Below are positions 31,479 through 43,500 of a stretch of 64,000 bases of DNA, in pieces. The notes below the pieces were generated by a model. That model searched no databases. It saw only the letters and a program-made list of their open reading frames with translations, and was not told where the DNA came from. Within the stretch, counting starts at the first letter, position 1. The number at the start of each line of letters is the position of its first letter. The DNA is from the human T2T-CHM13v2.0 reference genome, Homo sapiens, in NCBI RefSeq assembly GCF_009914755.1, contig NC_060928.1; one strand, 5' to 3'. Position numbers and translations under genes: made by a program.

Positions 31479-34092
31479 TGATATAGTTTGGATCTGTGTC
31501 CCCACCCAAATCTCATGTTGAAATGTAATCCCCAATGCTGGAGGTGGGGCCTAGTGGGAGGTGATTGAATTATGGGGGCAATTTCTCATGAATGGTTTGC
31601 CACCATCCCCCTAGGGCTGTTCTCATGATAGAGTTCTCATGAGATCTGATTGTTTAAAAGTGTGTAGCACTTCCCACCTCTCTCTCGATCCTGCTCCTGC
31701 CATGTGAGATGACGCTCCTGTGCCTTCCACCATGAGTAAAAGCTCCCTGTGACCTCCCCAGGAGCAGCTGTCGCCATGCTTCCTGTTCAGCCTGTGGAAC
31801 CATGAGTCAATTAAACCTCTTTTCTTTATAAATTATCCAGTCTCAGGTATTCCTTTATAGTAGTGTAAGAATGGCCTAATACAAGAAATTGGTACTGAGG
31901 AGTGGGGGCATTGCTATACAGATACTTGGAAATGTGGAAGTGGTTTTGGAACTGGGTAACAGGTAGATGTCAGAAGAGTGTGGAGGGCTCAGAAGAAGAC
32001 AGGAAGATGAGGAAAAATTTGGAACTTCCTAAAGACTTGTTAAATTGTTATGACCAAAATGCTGACGGTGATATGGACAATGAAGTCTAGGCTGAGATCT
32101 CAGAGGGAGATGAGAAATTTAGTGGGAACTGGAGTAAAAGTCACTTTTTCTATGCTTTAGCAAAGAGACTGGGTGCATTGTGCCCCCTTCTCTAGGGAAG
32201 TGTGAAATTTTAAAAGTTAGAATGATGGTTTAGGGCATCTACTGGAAGAAATTTCTAAGCAGTAAAGCCTTCAAGATATGACCTGGCTGCTTCTAACAAT
32301 CTATGTTTATATATGTGAGCAAAGAAATGATCTGAAACTTGAAATTATATTTAAAAATGAACCAGAGTGTAAAAGTTAGGAAGATTTGCAGAATGGCCAA
32401 ATGATAGAAAAGAAAAGCCCATTTTCAAGGGAGGAATTCAAGCAGGCTACAAACAATTGCATAAGTTAAAAAAAAGAGCCATGTGCTATTAGTCAAGAAA
32501 ACAGGAAAAGGACTCAAAGGCCTTTGTGTCAGTCCTTCCCATTACAGGCTCAGAGGCCTAGGAAGGAAGAATGGTTTCATGGGCCAGGCCCAGGACCCCT
32601 CTTCCCTTCATAGCCTCAGGACATTGCTCCCTGCATTCTGGCCACTCCAGCTCCAGCCTTGGGGCAAATGAGCCCAGTTACAGCTCACTGCTTCAGAGGA
32701 TGCAAGCTATAAGTCTTGGTGGCTTCTGCATAGTGTAAAGCCTGCAGGGGCACAGAGTGCAAGAGTTGAGGCTTTGAAGCTCCACCTAGATTCCAGAGGA
32801 TTTATGGAAAAGCCTGGATGTCCAAGCAGAAGCCTGCTGCAGGGGTGGAGCCCTCATGGAACACCTCTACTAGGGAAGTGTGGAATGAAAAAGAGGGGTT
32901 GAAGCCCCCACACAGAGTCTCCACACAGAGTCCCTCACAGTGCAGCTGTGAGAAGAGGGCCATCATCATCCAGACCCCAGAATGGTAGATCCCCCAGAAA
33001 CTTGCAACCTGCATCTAGAAAAGCCTCAGACATTCATCACCAGAACATGGTGTGCCCTGCAAAGCCACAGGGTTGATGCTGCCCAAGGCCTTGGGAGCCT
33101 ACCTCTTGCATCAGTGTGACCTGGATGTAGGACATGAAGTCAAATGAAATTATTTTGAAGCTTTAACACAGGGGTGTCCAATCTTTTGGCTTCCCTGGGC
33201 CACACTGGAAATAGAAGAATTGTGTAGGGCCACACATAAAATATGCTAACACTAATGATAGCGGATGAGCTGAAAAAATTGCAAAAGTATCTCATAATGT
33301 TTTAAGAAAGTTTATGAATTTGTGTTGGGCCACATTAAAGCCACCATGGGCTGCACACAGCCTGTGGGCTGTGGGTTGGACAAATTTGCTTTAAGATTTA
33401 ATGACTGCACTGCTGGGTTTTAAACTTGCATGGGACATTCCCTTTTTTTGGCCAATTTATCCCTTTTAGAATGCCTACACCTCTATTGTAACTTGGAAGT
33501 TACTAATTTGTTTTTGATTTTACAGGATCATAGGCAGAAGGGAGTAGCCTTGTGTCAGGTGAGACTTTGGACTTGGACTTTTGAGTTAATGCTGGAGTGA
33601 GTTAAGACTTTGGGGAACTGTTGGGAAGGCTTAATTTGAACTTTGAAATGTGAGGACATGAGATTTGGGAGGGTCCAGGGGTACAAGGATATGGTCTGGA
33701 TCTGTGTCCCCACCCAAATCTCACATTGAAATGAAATCCCCAGCTGGAGGTGGGGCCTAGAGGGAGGTGATTGGATCATGGAGGTGGTTTCTCATAGATG
33801 GTTTAGCACCATCCCCCATTTCTGCTCTTTGATAAAGTTATCATGATATCTGGTTGTTTAAAGATGTGCAGCACCTCCCCACTCTCTCTTGGTTCTGCTC
33901 CTGCCATCTGAGACTCCTGCTCTTGCTTTGCCTTCTGCCAAGAGTAAAAGCTCCCTGAGGCCTCCTCAGAAGCAGCTGCTGCCATGCTTCCTCTACAGCC
34001 TGTGGGACTATGAGCCAATTAAACCTCTTTGCTTTATAAATTACCCAGTCTCGAGAATTTCTTCATAGCAGTTGTGGGAATGGCCTGATACA
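31479..34092 (+). mobile_element. Complete MSTA MaLR element (5' LTR 31479-31883, internal part, 3' LTR 33687-34092)
   Basis: Two ~405-bp direct LTRs ending in ..taca, MaLR internal sequence, polypurine tract before the 3' LTR, 5-bp TSD gtaaa. Confidence 0.92.
33169..33388. mobile_element. MER30 (hAT-Charlie) nested in the MSTA internal region
   Basis: caggggtgtccaa...ttggacaaatttg TIRs; 8-bp TSD ctttaaca/ctttaaga. Confidence 0.88.
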
Positions 34093-37000
34093 GTAAATAA
34101 CCCAATTCTTATGTTTTAGGGTTTTTTTCTAAAAATTTATATGAACAACTTTAATTTTAAACACATATTATGAATTTACATTTAGTCCCCTATGTCTTCT
34201 GGTATTTTCCTTTTTTTACTAAGTGGCACCAACTCTGAATGGCTATGCCAATGAGTTTTCATATATTCTTAGAGACATCTTTCAAGCCTACAATATCCTT
34301 TCATGAAAAAAGTCTCTGAGATAATGGATCTGGACACTTCACTATTTGCTCTATTAAGCCTATAGTCCTTGACGATTAACCTAGTAGAGGTAATGTAATA
34401 AGTCAGATTAATATGCTCAATATTTAAGATGTCAACGTTATATATTTGTACCTCACACACAATAAGACTTTTGCAGAATATGCCAAGAAAATGTAACTCT
34501 TCTCCTGTATTATGCAATATCTCCATTAGCTCTATTGGAAGATAAATACTGAAATTGTGATAATTTCAAATTCAGCACACTATTACAGATGAAATAAATG
34601 TTAACTGAATTAGATCAAAAGAAACATTGAACTCTGGCTCATTGAATTTAAACTTTAGCTTTGTTAGTAAACGTCTCCTCTTCCTTTAAAAATCACTTCA
34701 AACTACCGAGAAGTGACTGTAGGGCTCCTTTAGAACAATCAGCAAATTTCATTTATAAGTACTCATAAATACATATACATTCATTGAAAAATAGCATTTT
34801 ATTTTTAAATATATATAATATACACATTCATAGGAAAATAGAATAAAGGCAGCAAGGAGGTACACCAAATTGTTAATAATAGTCATGTCTTGGAGACAAG
34901 ATTTGAAGTGATTTTAATATTTTATTCATATGCTTCTATATTTTCCAAATTCTATACTGGATACAATTAGATATCTTATAGTTTTCTAAAAGCAGAGATG
35001 TTGGTGGAGTCAAGGAAAATGTTTAACAAGAACAGCTCAGAACTTTTTGGTGTTTATTAATTCCAGAGGCAACATAGAATTAACTAGTTAAACATAACTG
35101 ATTCAAAACCTTATCTGTGTAACTTACCTATGTAAATTTCCGATTAAGCTTGTAAACTCAGGCAATCTAAGTGCCCTTGGTAAGACCTTATCAAATAGGA
35201 TGAGTTTGGTGGTAGCATGAGTCAGGGAGTGGTAGCTGGGATAGTTGGCTTCTGCAACATTCCTATACTCTGGTTGGTCTAGCTGGGTACACAGTAATGC
35301 CTTAACTGTGTTTGAAATACTAGAAGATCAGGTCTGAGGATTCAGAAAAGATGATGATTCAATATTTACCTGTTAAGGTCCTACCAAACCACTCAAAGGG
35401 ATTTTTCCAGTTGTTCACACCTTTCTGCAACAGTATCTATTTCTTTTTTCCACATAATATGAATAGATTTCACATTTCAAAAGGTGGAAAAATATAGCCT
35501 CAGTGACTACCTATAGATGGTTGGAAATTATCCCTATCTGAATGGCTGAATAATTATGTTTTTAAAAAGATAATGATCCTACTGTTCATTCTAAAATAAG
35601 AAAACTTGTTTTTAAATATAAATATCTTCACCGTCTTAGTGAGCACAGTCACCCAGCTTTCAGATCAATACACCATTGAGCCAAACAGGCTTTTTAAAAT
35701 GAGCTCTCGTATACTGTGGACAGGCGTGAAGGAAGAGAGAGAGTGAAAGAGGCAAAGACAGAGACAGAGGAAACAGAAGCTGAATGACTGATTATAACTA
35801 TTCTCTAGGTTCCCACATATTTTGCCAGGATGATCATCATCTTGTTCTGATATGGGGTATATTTTAATTGAACTATTCATGGTATGAATAAAAGATCAAA
35901 TCTCTGGATTTCCTTTGACGTACATAGTAAATCACTGACCTGACTCCATGTTTTACGTACCTCATAAAACTACCACAGCTACTATGCCCTTTCCTAATTC
36001 CTGAGATGCACAGTGTGAATCGGAATTTAAATGTTGCTGCATCCAAATCAGGACTTAGATTTAAATGCTAAGCATCTGAAGCAGGGTAGGCCGTCAACCT
36101 GGTACTGTAAAATTATGAGCTTTCCTCATCTGGCTACATTAATTTCCATCTCTTTGTCATTTTGATTTCTAGGAAATGTTCAGTCAAATGGAAAAAGAAA
36201 ATTGGAGTGCGTGGGGTGGGTGGATAAAGCCGCGGTCCATGAGTCCTTGCTTAGGGAGAAAGTTTTTTCTCTCTTATTGTGCATTTTAGTTTAATTTAAT
36301 CTGAAAATATCAATGCTACCCAAATACCAATCTTATCTGGAAAAGAGGGTTGAGAAAAGAAACAGAAGGTTTAAGGCAACTAGTTCCTTTCTACAAAACA
36401 GAACAGAGCTTAAAAATCTTAGTAGATATCTTTCATTGTGGATTGCAAATTTAGAGTGACCACCTTTGTATACCTTAGTGCTCAAACTACTCCCTGTGCC
36501 TCAAACATTTTCCTGTTTTTTTTCACCTTCCAAAGTGTAAATCATAAAAGGCAGCCTGACTAGTGCTAGGCAGGATAGCATAGGAGTGTGAATTAGATAC
36601 AATTCCAGATATTCAACTTTTCCAGCCTAAAAAAAATTATATCTCAATACCTTTCCCTATCATGAAAGCAGCATCTATTTGCTTACACCTGTAGGAGTGA
36701 TCAGTCTGTAAAAAGAGAGTCCATTTTTTTCTGGGCAGAGTAGGAACAGAAGACTCCCCACTGCCTGTTATATGTATTCTGTCTTTTCCTCTTTCTATCT
36801 GGAGCTTTTAAGGTGTGTGTGTGGATGTGTGTGTGTATAACAAAGCTTCAAAAATTAATACATTTGAAATATACCACATATCCTAATTTATGGAACAGTT
36901 TATTCTTATTATCCCAACATTATTATAATAGCACTAATTTTACATTTAAAAAGTCTTTATTTTATAATAAGTCATATGCTCACACTAGTTATAGCACTAA

Positions 37001-37115
37001 TCAAACAACCTTGAGCTAAAATCCTAACCCCATTTCTTACTAGATGTGTAACCTTGAGAAAATCTCTTAATTTCTCTGTGTGTCTGTCTTCTCATGCAAA
37101 ATGGGGATGATAGTG

Positions 37116-37347
37116 CAAGTTGAGTATCCTTTATCTGAAATGTTTGGGACCAAAGTGTTTTAGATTTCAGATTTTTATGGATTTTTGAATATTTACAGAA
37201 CACATACTGGTTGAGCATCCTTAATCTGAAAACTAGAAATCCGAAATGCTCCACTGAGCATTTCCCTTGAGCACATGTCAGTGTTCAAAAAGTTTTGGAT
37301 TTGGGGACATTTCAGATTCTGATTTGGGATTTGGGATGCTCAACCTG
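37116..37347. mobile_element. MER46/Tigger4a-type TcMar MITE inserted in a MIR (MIR about 36990-37470)
   Basis: TIRs caagttgagtatcc / ggatgctcaacctg followed by TA. Confidence 0.8.
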
Positions 37348-38417
37348 TAGTGCCTAATTCATATGGTGCTCCAATGAGTTAATGTATATAATTGAGGATC
37401 CAATGAATTAATTTATATAATTTCAGAACAGTTCCTAACATATAATAAAAACTCAATATATTGTATAGTTATCATGAAAGTTGAAGAGTCTGACTCTTCT
37501 TGCCCTCTAACCTAGACCCAAGAAAAAAATTCCAAGAATGCAACTATTTAACAAAATACAGTATACTTCAGTGACTTTAGGTAACAAAGTGTCAATTGCT
37601 TTTGTAAGTCACATTTATATGAATAAATACTGTTTATATAGTGGTTTTACTTTAACACACACTTTCCTACATATTATCATAATTTTTTTCATAACAATTC
37701 CATTAAGTAGGTATTATTAATATCCTTATTTTCCAGATTAAGACAGTCAGAGAAGTTAAGTCATACCAATATCACAGACAGAAAATGCCAAAGCCAGAAT
37801 TTGAACCAAATTCTTCTTACTCTAAATGCCATATTTTGCCGCTATCAAATTCTTAATCATTTTGTTTCATTTTCAACTCAAGTTGAATTTTTACTTCAAA
37901 TAACTATCATATTTTAACGTGTTTACCTTGATTCCGTCATGGCATTTTTCATACTTTAAATTGCATATTTAATTGCCCAATTCTTCAACATAAAATTGCA
38001 TGAGAGAAAAAACTATGAATTTCATCGTTATATTTGGATTTGCAGTGCCCTTCTTAATTTCTGAAACACAAGCAGAATCTCAATAAATGTTTATTAAATT
38101 AATGAAATCTGGTTCTCAAGAAGTGCCCTGGAAAATATTAGGCAAAAGGAAAATGGTTTCTGTTTGCCCAGTGCCTGTATCCCAGCTCTCTGTTAAGTGA
38201 TAGTTTGAAAAGAGGAGACAAGCCTTTCACTTGGCTCAGGCTGAGGTGATAAAGGGGATTCATGGAGAACTTGATGAATTTCTCTGCCATTTCCTGACAT
38301 GTATTCTTGGGCAATTTACTGAGATATGTTGAGGCAAATGTTGGCTTTTCCCAAGGAAACCTCCCTCTCTAGAAATCCCTGCCATAATATTAAGACTTCT
38401 TAAAACAAGAACAATAC

Positions 38418-38898
38418 AGCTCAGTGCGGTTGTTAATGCTTATAATCCAAACACTTTGGGAGGCCCAGCGGGGCGGATCACTTGAGCTCATGAGCTCCAG
38501 GCCAGTCTGGGCAACATGGCCAAATCTCGTCTCTACTAAACATTAAAAAAAAAAAAAATAGCCAGGCATGGTGGCACACGCCTATAATCCTAGCTACATG
38601 CGAGGCTGAGGCACAGAATCGCTTGAACCCAGGAGGCAGAGACAGCAGTGAGCCAAGATTGCACCACTGCACTCCACTGCACTCCAGCCTTACAAAAGCA
38701 ATTGACACTTTGTTGCCTAAAGTTACTTAAATATACTGTATTTTGTTAATTAGTTGCTTTCTTGGATTTTTTTTGTGGGTCTAGTTTAGAGGGCAAGAAA
38801 GATCAGACCCTTCAACTTTCATAATAACTACAATATATTGAATTTTTACAATATGTGGGTGACAGAGTGAGACTCTGTCAAAAAAAAAAAAAGAAAAA
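38418..38898 (+). mobile_element. Alu (J/S) split by a 166-bp non-Alu insert
   Basis: Alu runs to ...actccagcct (38690) and resumes at gggtgacagagtgagactctgtc plus A-tail (38857-38898). Confidence 0.92.
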
Positions 38899-38911
38899 TA
38901 TTAAGTACTTA

Positions 38912-39076
<165 letters not shown>

Positions 39077-39410
39077 TTAGTTTGAGATATTTACAAACAT
39101 CAAATGACAATGTGATTATGGCTGAATTCCTATCAGAAAAAAAGATGTCCTTTGAATGGGGTCAATAAAGTATTGGGGGAAGGGTATAGAAATATATGCT
39201 AGAAAGTTATTTACAGAATGTGTTATCTTCAACTACTTTTTCTGAAGTTTTCGCACCCTGGACTGTGGCTTTTAATAACTTGACTTTAATTCATCTGAAA
39301 GAACTAATCTTCTCCAAATATCTTATTCTTAGTAATTTAAGAGAAAAAGCTTAAAACTTAGGACACATCTAGAAGGATTTCCCTAAAACGATGTTTTTCA
39401 TTTTAAGCAG

Positions 39411-39456
39411 GCGCACACACATGCGCGCGCGCGCGCACACACACACACACACACAC
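39411..39456. repeat. Compound (CA)n/(CG)n microsatellite
   Basis: 46 bp of uninterrupted purine-pyrimidine alternation including a (GC)7 run. Confidence 0.95.
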
Positions 39457-40477
39457 TTGTACCAAGGATTATTATCTGCAAATGGCTGATAATAATAATA
39501 CTCCTTCCCAAAGCAAAACCAAAACCCTACAAACCCATTTCCTTGTTCTACTTGGCAATTCTTAAAAAGTGTTTGGAATATTTTCGTTTTTCTTTTGCTC
39601 TGGATACTGCACCTGGGCTTCTGGCTGAGTCAGAGAGAAAAAGACTCAATCCTGCTAAGGGAAGTCTTTGTTCTATACATTCTCTCTATAGTTTCCACTC
39701 ACTTCTAGGAGTAAAGAGGAATGATTGTTTTTGAATTAGACCTAATGGCCAGGAATACCAGAGGGAAAAATAAAGAACTGAGAGAAGGAAGAGGTATGGG
39801 AGAAGAGGACATTAGAGAGGTAATAGTGGCTCTTTGGATAAAAAGTAGAGAATAGAGAAGCGACTCTTTTCAACTGGACAAATGTGGTTATTCAACTCAA
39901 CATTTAATTCTTTATTTTTCTTTGAAAACCTTGTTATTTTAAAAGAGTGGATTTAAAAATCACCAGGAGTAATCCATATGCTTATAATAATCTATGGAAT
40001 ACTACTTATAAAAATATCAAATGAAATTGCATAAACAGCCTCAACTCTAAAGGCATCATTAATCAGAAATATTCAAGTAACAGTTGTCAAATATATCAAA
40101 TTTGTTCAGTTCAATGAAAACACAAAAAGCTTCTCTAAAATTAGATGCAGCGATTCATACATCTGATGCAATAAATCAAGATTTTTCATTAGTAATGTGT
40201 ATAAAAGTAGCTATGAATTATGTAAACTGAAATCAGGACTTAGTGATAAATCTTTTAACAATTTATAATTTAAAGAAATTACAATGTAATAGCATAACTT
40301 TCTCAACACATGAAAATATGGTATTATAAAGCATAGAGAGTAATTTATTGAGAATACACTAAATTTTCATAACATGCAAAGCTTTATGTAACATGACTAT
40401 TGGTACTACAGTCCTTACATAACCGAGCTTTGTATTTTGTTTAAATGCCAAGTCTTTTAGAAGGATCAGACACATAC

Positions 40478-40548
40478 CTCTGTTTATTTTTTATAGAAAG
40501 ATCCTCCAGTAAATGTAGCTTTGTGTGAGAAATTTTAAGCAAATCCAT
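40478..40548 (-). CDS. YIPF7: YIPF7 coding exon 1 (MDLLKISHTKLHLLEDLSIKNKQ-R)
   Basis: ATG at 40548; donor AG|gtatgt at 40477; 71 nt, phase 2, joins exon 2 in frame. Matches the recalled human YIPF7 N-terminus. This ATG may not be the main start. Confidence 0.8.
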
Positions 40549-40570
40549 TGGTGAAAAGATGACATGCTGG

Positions 40571-40582
40571 CTATATATATAC
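40571..40582 (-). promoter_or_regulatory. TATA-like element of the YIPF7 promoter, with E-box CAGATG at 40613-40618
   Basis: GTATATATATAG on the minus strand, 23-34 nt upstream of the exon-1 ATG; no CpG island nearby. Confidence 0.45.
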
Positions 40583-43500
40583 CTTTCTAAATTTGTATTC
40601 TGACACCCTGAGCAGATGCTACAGTCAAAAATAAAAAAGCCTGCCAAAAGCCAAATACAGTATCTTATAACACTTATTATGGTTTACAAACACAGTGAAC
40701 AGTGTTACAGACTTACAATTTGATAATATGGAAATTGTGGAAAGATAAATACAATTCCCTTTTGTACATATCTATTAAACTCTGAGGTAAGATCATTTAT
40801 TTGAGGCAAGCAGTTAAAAAGTAAGAGGCCTCAATGTCCCTTCCATTTCATGGATTTCCTAATAATATGCAGTAAAAATCAAAATATGGCACATGATCTT
40901 ATGTAGAAGATCTCAGCACCAAAATGAAAATGAGTTGTGGTCAATTTTATCTAAATCAGAGCTATTCTATTTATATGAGCAATATTTAAGAAGACTAATT
41001 ACAGTCTGCCTCTGACTTTTTTCCTGCTTCCTACTTTTCCAGCAGAGGCCAAGATGGATATGCTAATGGGATCTAGTGCTTCTTACCTGATGGACAGGTT
41101 CTATACCATTATCGAGCCAATCCTAACCACTGGAAGGTGTTAGGCCCATCCCCACCTCAGGAAGCTCCCTGAATTGGCCCTTCTCTGTATCACTGGGTCA
41201 CTGCTGGGAGCCTACTTTCTGGTTCTGACCCAGGTAACCTAGCTAATACTATCAATTCTATCTAGATCTGGTGTTCTCATCCCTAATATTAATCTCACAG
41301 TTGGAAGTCAAGTCCCCTGTGGTTTGCTTCATGCTGATTCTCTTTTCTAGGACTTAAGACTTCCCATGTATCCAAATCTCAGTAACTGAAATTTTCTGTC
41401 CAAAGGCAGATAATTTGGCACTTAAGAATCTTCAACTGGAGCCAACAGCAGAATGCTGGAGTAATTTTTTTCCACATTGTTTAAAAGCATTTGAAATTTG
41501 AATGTCTTTAATCACAGCTGCCCTTCTTACATCACTAGTCAGGCAACAATTGGTCACACATTTTATCAAGGACATACTGTTGAGTTCCACACTCTGTTGT
41601 AGATGCCAGGGTTTCAGAAACAAGCAAACTAAACATTTAAAGAGTTACATCTTAGTACTGATTTTGCTACACCTACAACTAATAATAATGAATAACTGGG
41701 CATTGTTCTACAAACTTTAAGTCATTTAATTTTTGTAACAACCTGATGAAGTATTATTATCCCATTTTACCAAAAAATAAATGGAGATTGAATAATTTTC
41801 CCAAGGTCATTAGCTAGTAGGTGAAAAAGCCAATGTTTGAAAGCTGACTGAGTTCAGAACTCACATTATCCAAGATAATTTCAGGAATTATACAATAGAA
41901 TATACTGTTAAGATGGAGAGTGCAAAGGGGAGAGGATTTGAATACTCAGGGAAGGCTTCTTAAGAGGGTCATTTGGATAGAGATCTGATGGATGATAATG
42001 AAGAAGTCGCTTTACAGACTACGTGAAGAACATTTCAAGCAAAGACTTTCAGATGGCAAGGAGTTTTGTGGTTTCTGGTTTAGAAATAAAAAGCCAATGT
42101 TGCTAGGGATTTTTGAATTAGAGAAAAGTTGAAGGAGATGAGGTCAGAGGTATGAACAGAGGCTGGACCAAAAAGGAGCCTGTAGGCCGTGGTAAAGAGT
42201 CTAAAGGTTACATAATTGAAATGAAATGTCATTCTAGGGTAGTATAAAATGTGATGATTCCGTATTAGTCACAAGTGGAAGAGGGAGACTGGTTAGGAAG
42301 AGAAAGTTACAATAACACAGGCATGAGATGTGAGTGGCCTGAACTAGGGTAGCAGTGGAAGGAGAACTGGTACAAAAGTCATGGCAACTGAGGAAAAGAT
42401 GAATTACAGGGGTCAATACTGAAGCAGTAGTATCAGTAAAAAGAAAATTCAGTCCAGGAAAATGATGAGTTATATGAACTGAGGAAGGGCCAACCAATAG
42501 GTAGAGTACTGAACAAATACAGAAGATATTTGGGAAAGATTTAATAGGATTCAGTTTCTATTGAATAGGAGGAAGAAGGAAAAGGCAATTACTGAGGATG
42601 ATTTCTAGAATTCTGTCAGTTTTTCCATTCTAGTGCATAATGCCATAGGAAAAGGCCACATTGTTATATAGTGGCCAAATTTTGATTATTACCATCTTTT
42701 CTATTCCTTCTTTCAAAGTTCTTTACGTGAGAACATAGGTCCTTTTCTAAAACAGCAGAGATTTATGGTACATTCTTTTTTTTGACGTATAAATTCCACA
42801 AAAAGCCTACCAAAGATAATACTTTTTATCTTAGTCCATTTAGATACATTTTAAACTTATTTTGTGATGTTGTACTTTTCAACACAGTTTCCTTCATAAA
42901 AACCTGGCTCGATTAAATGAATTACAGGAATATATGGACTGAAAATGGCATATAAAAAAATTAATCTCAGCCTCAAGTGAATTATAAACCATGGAACATT
43001 GAAGACAAAATGACTTCAGCCTCTTTAGAAGTGCATTAATGGACCATTAATGCATAGGCAAGAATATTTTAGAGCTATTCTTATGGCTATAACACTGTGT
43101 ATCTATAAAATATACATTTAAGTGGGTTTTTTCCATTAATGAATTATCTGATTTCTGTAGCACATGTTGAAGAACAGAGTGTAGATTGATATTACATATA
43201 GTCACAGTGTCATCAATTATTTTAACTCATCTGTTTTAGTAATTGTTTCTGTGTCCTGAATGACCAAAAAGGCTGCATTAGGTGAATAAAGTTTCTCACC
43301 TGATGTAAAAAAGCCGTGTGTTCTACTCATAGACACTTTCTTTTCCTTCCTTCTCGTTTTCTTTTCTCTCCCCCCTCTCTCCTTACCTTCATCCTTTCCT
43401 TCTCTCCCTCAGTTCTCTCTCTGAACTCTCTCTTAAGTTGATCCTATCTATTCCCATGGCTTTATATATCATCTATATATAGACAATTCCCAAAGTTACA

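Noticed and set aside
35195-35225. Short match (atgagtttggtggt) to a recalled LF-SINE segment, next to an AP-1 site
   Set aside because: Only 14 bp and flanks do not extend the match; likely chance.
40480-40980. MEF2 sites expected for a muscle gene promoter
   Set aside because: I found only near matches to YTAWWWWTAR in AT-rich DNA, so none is called.
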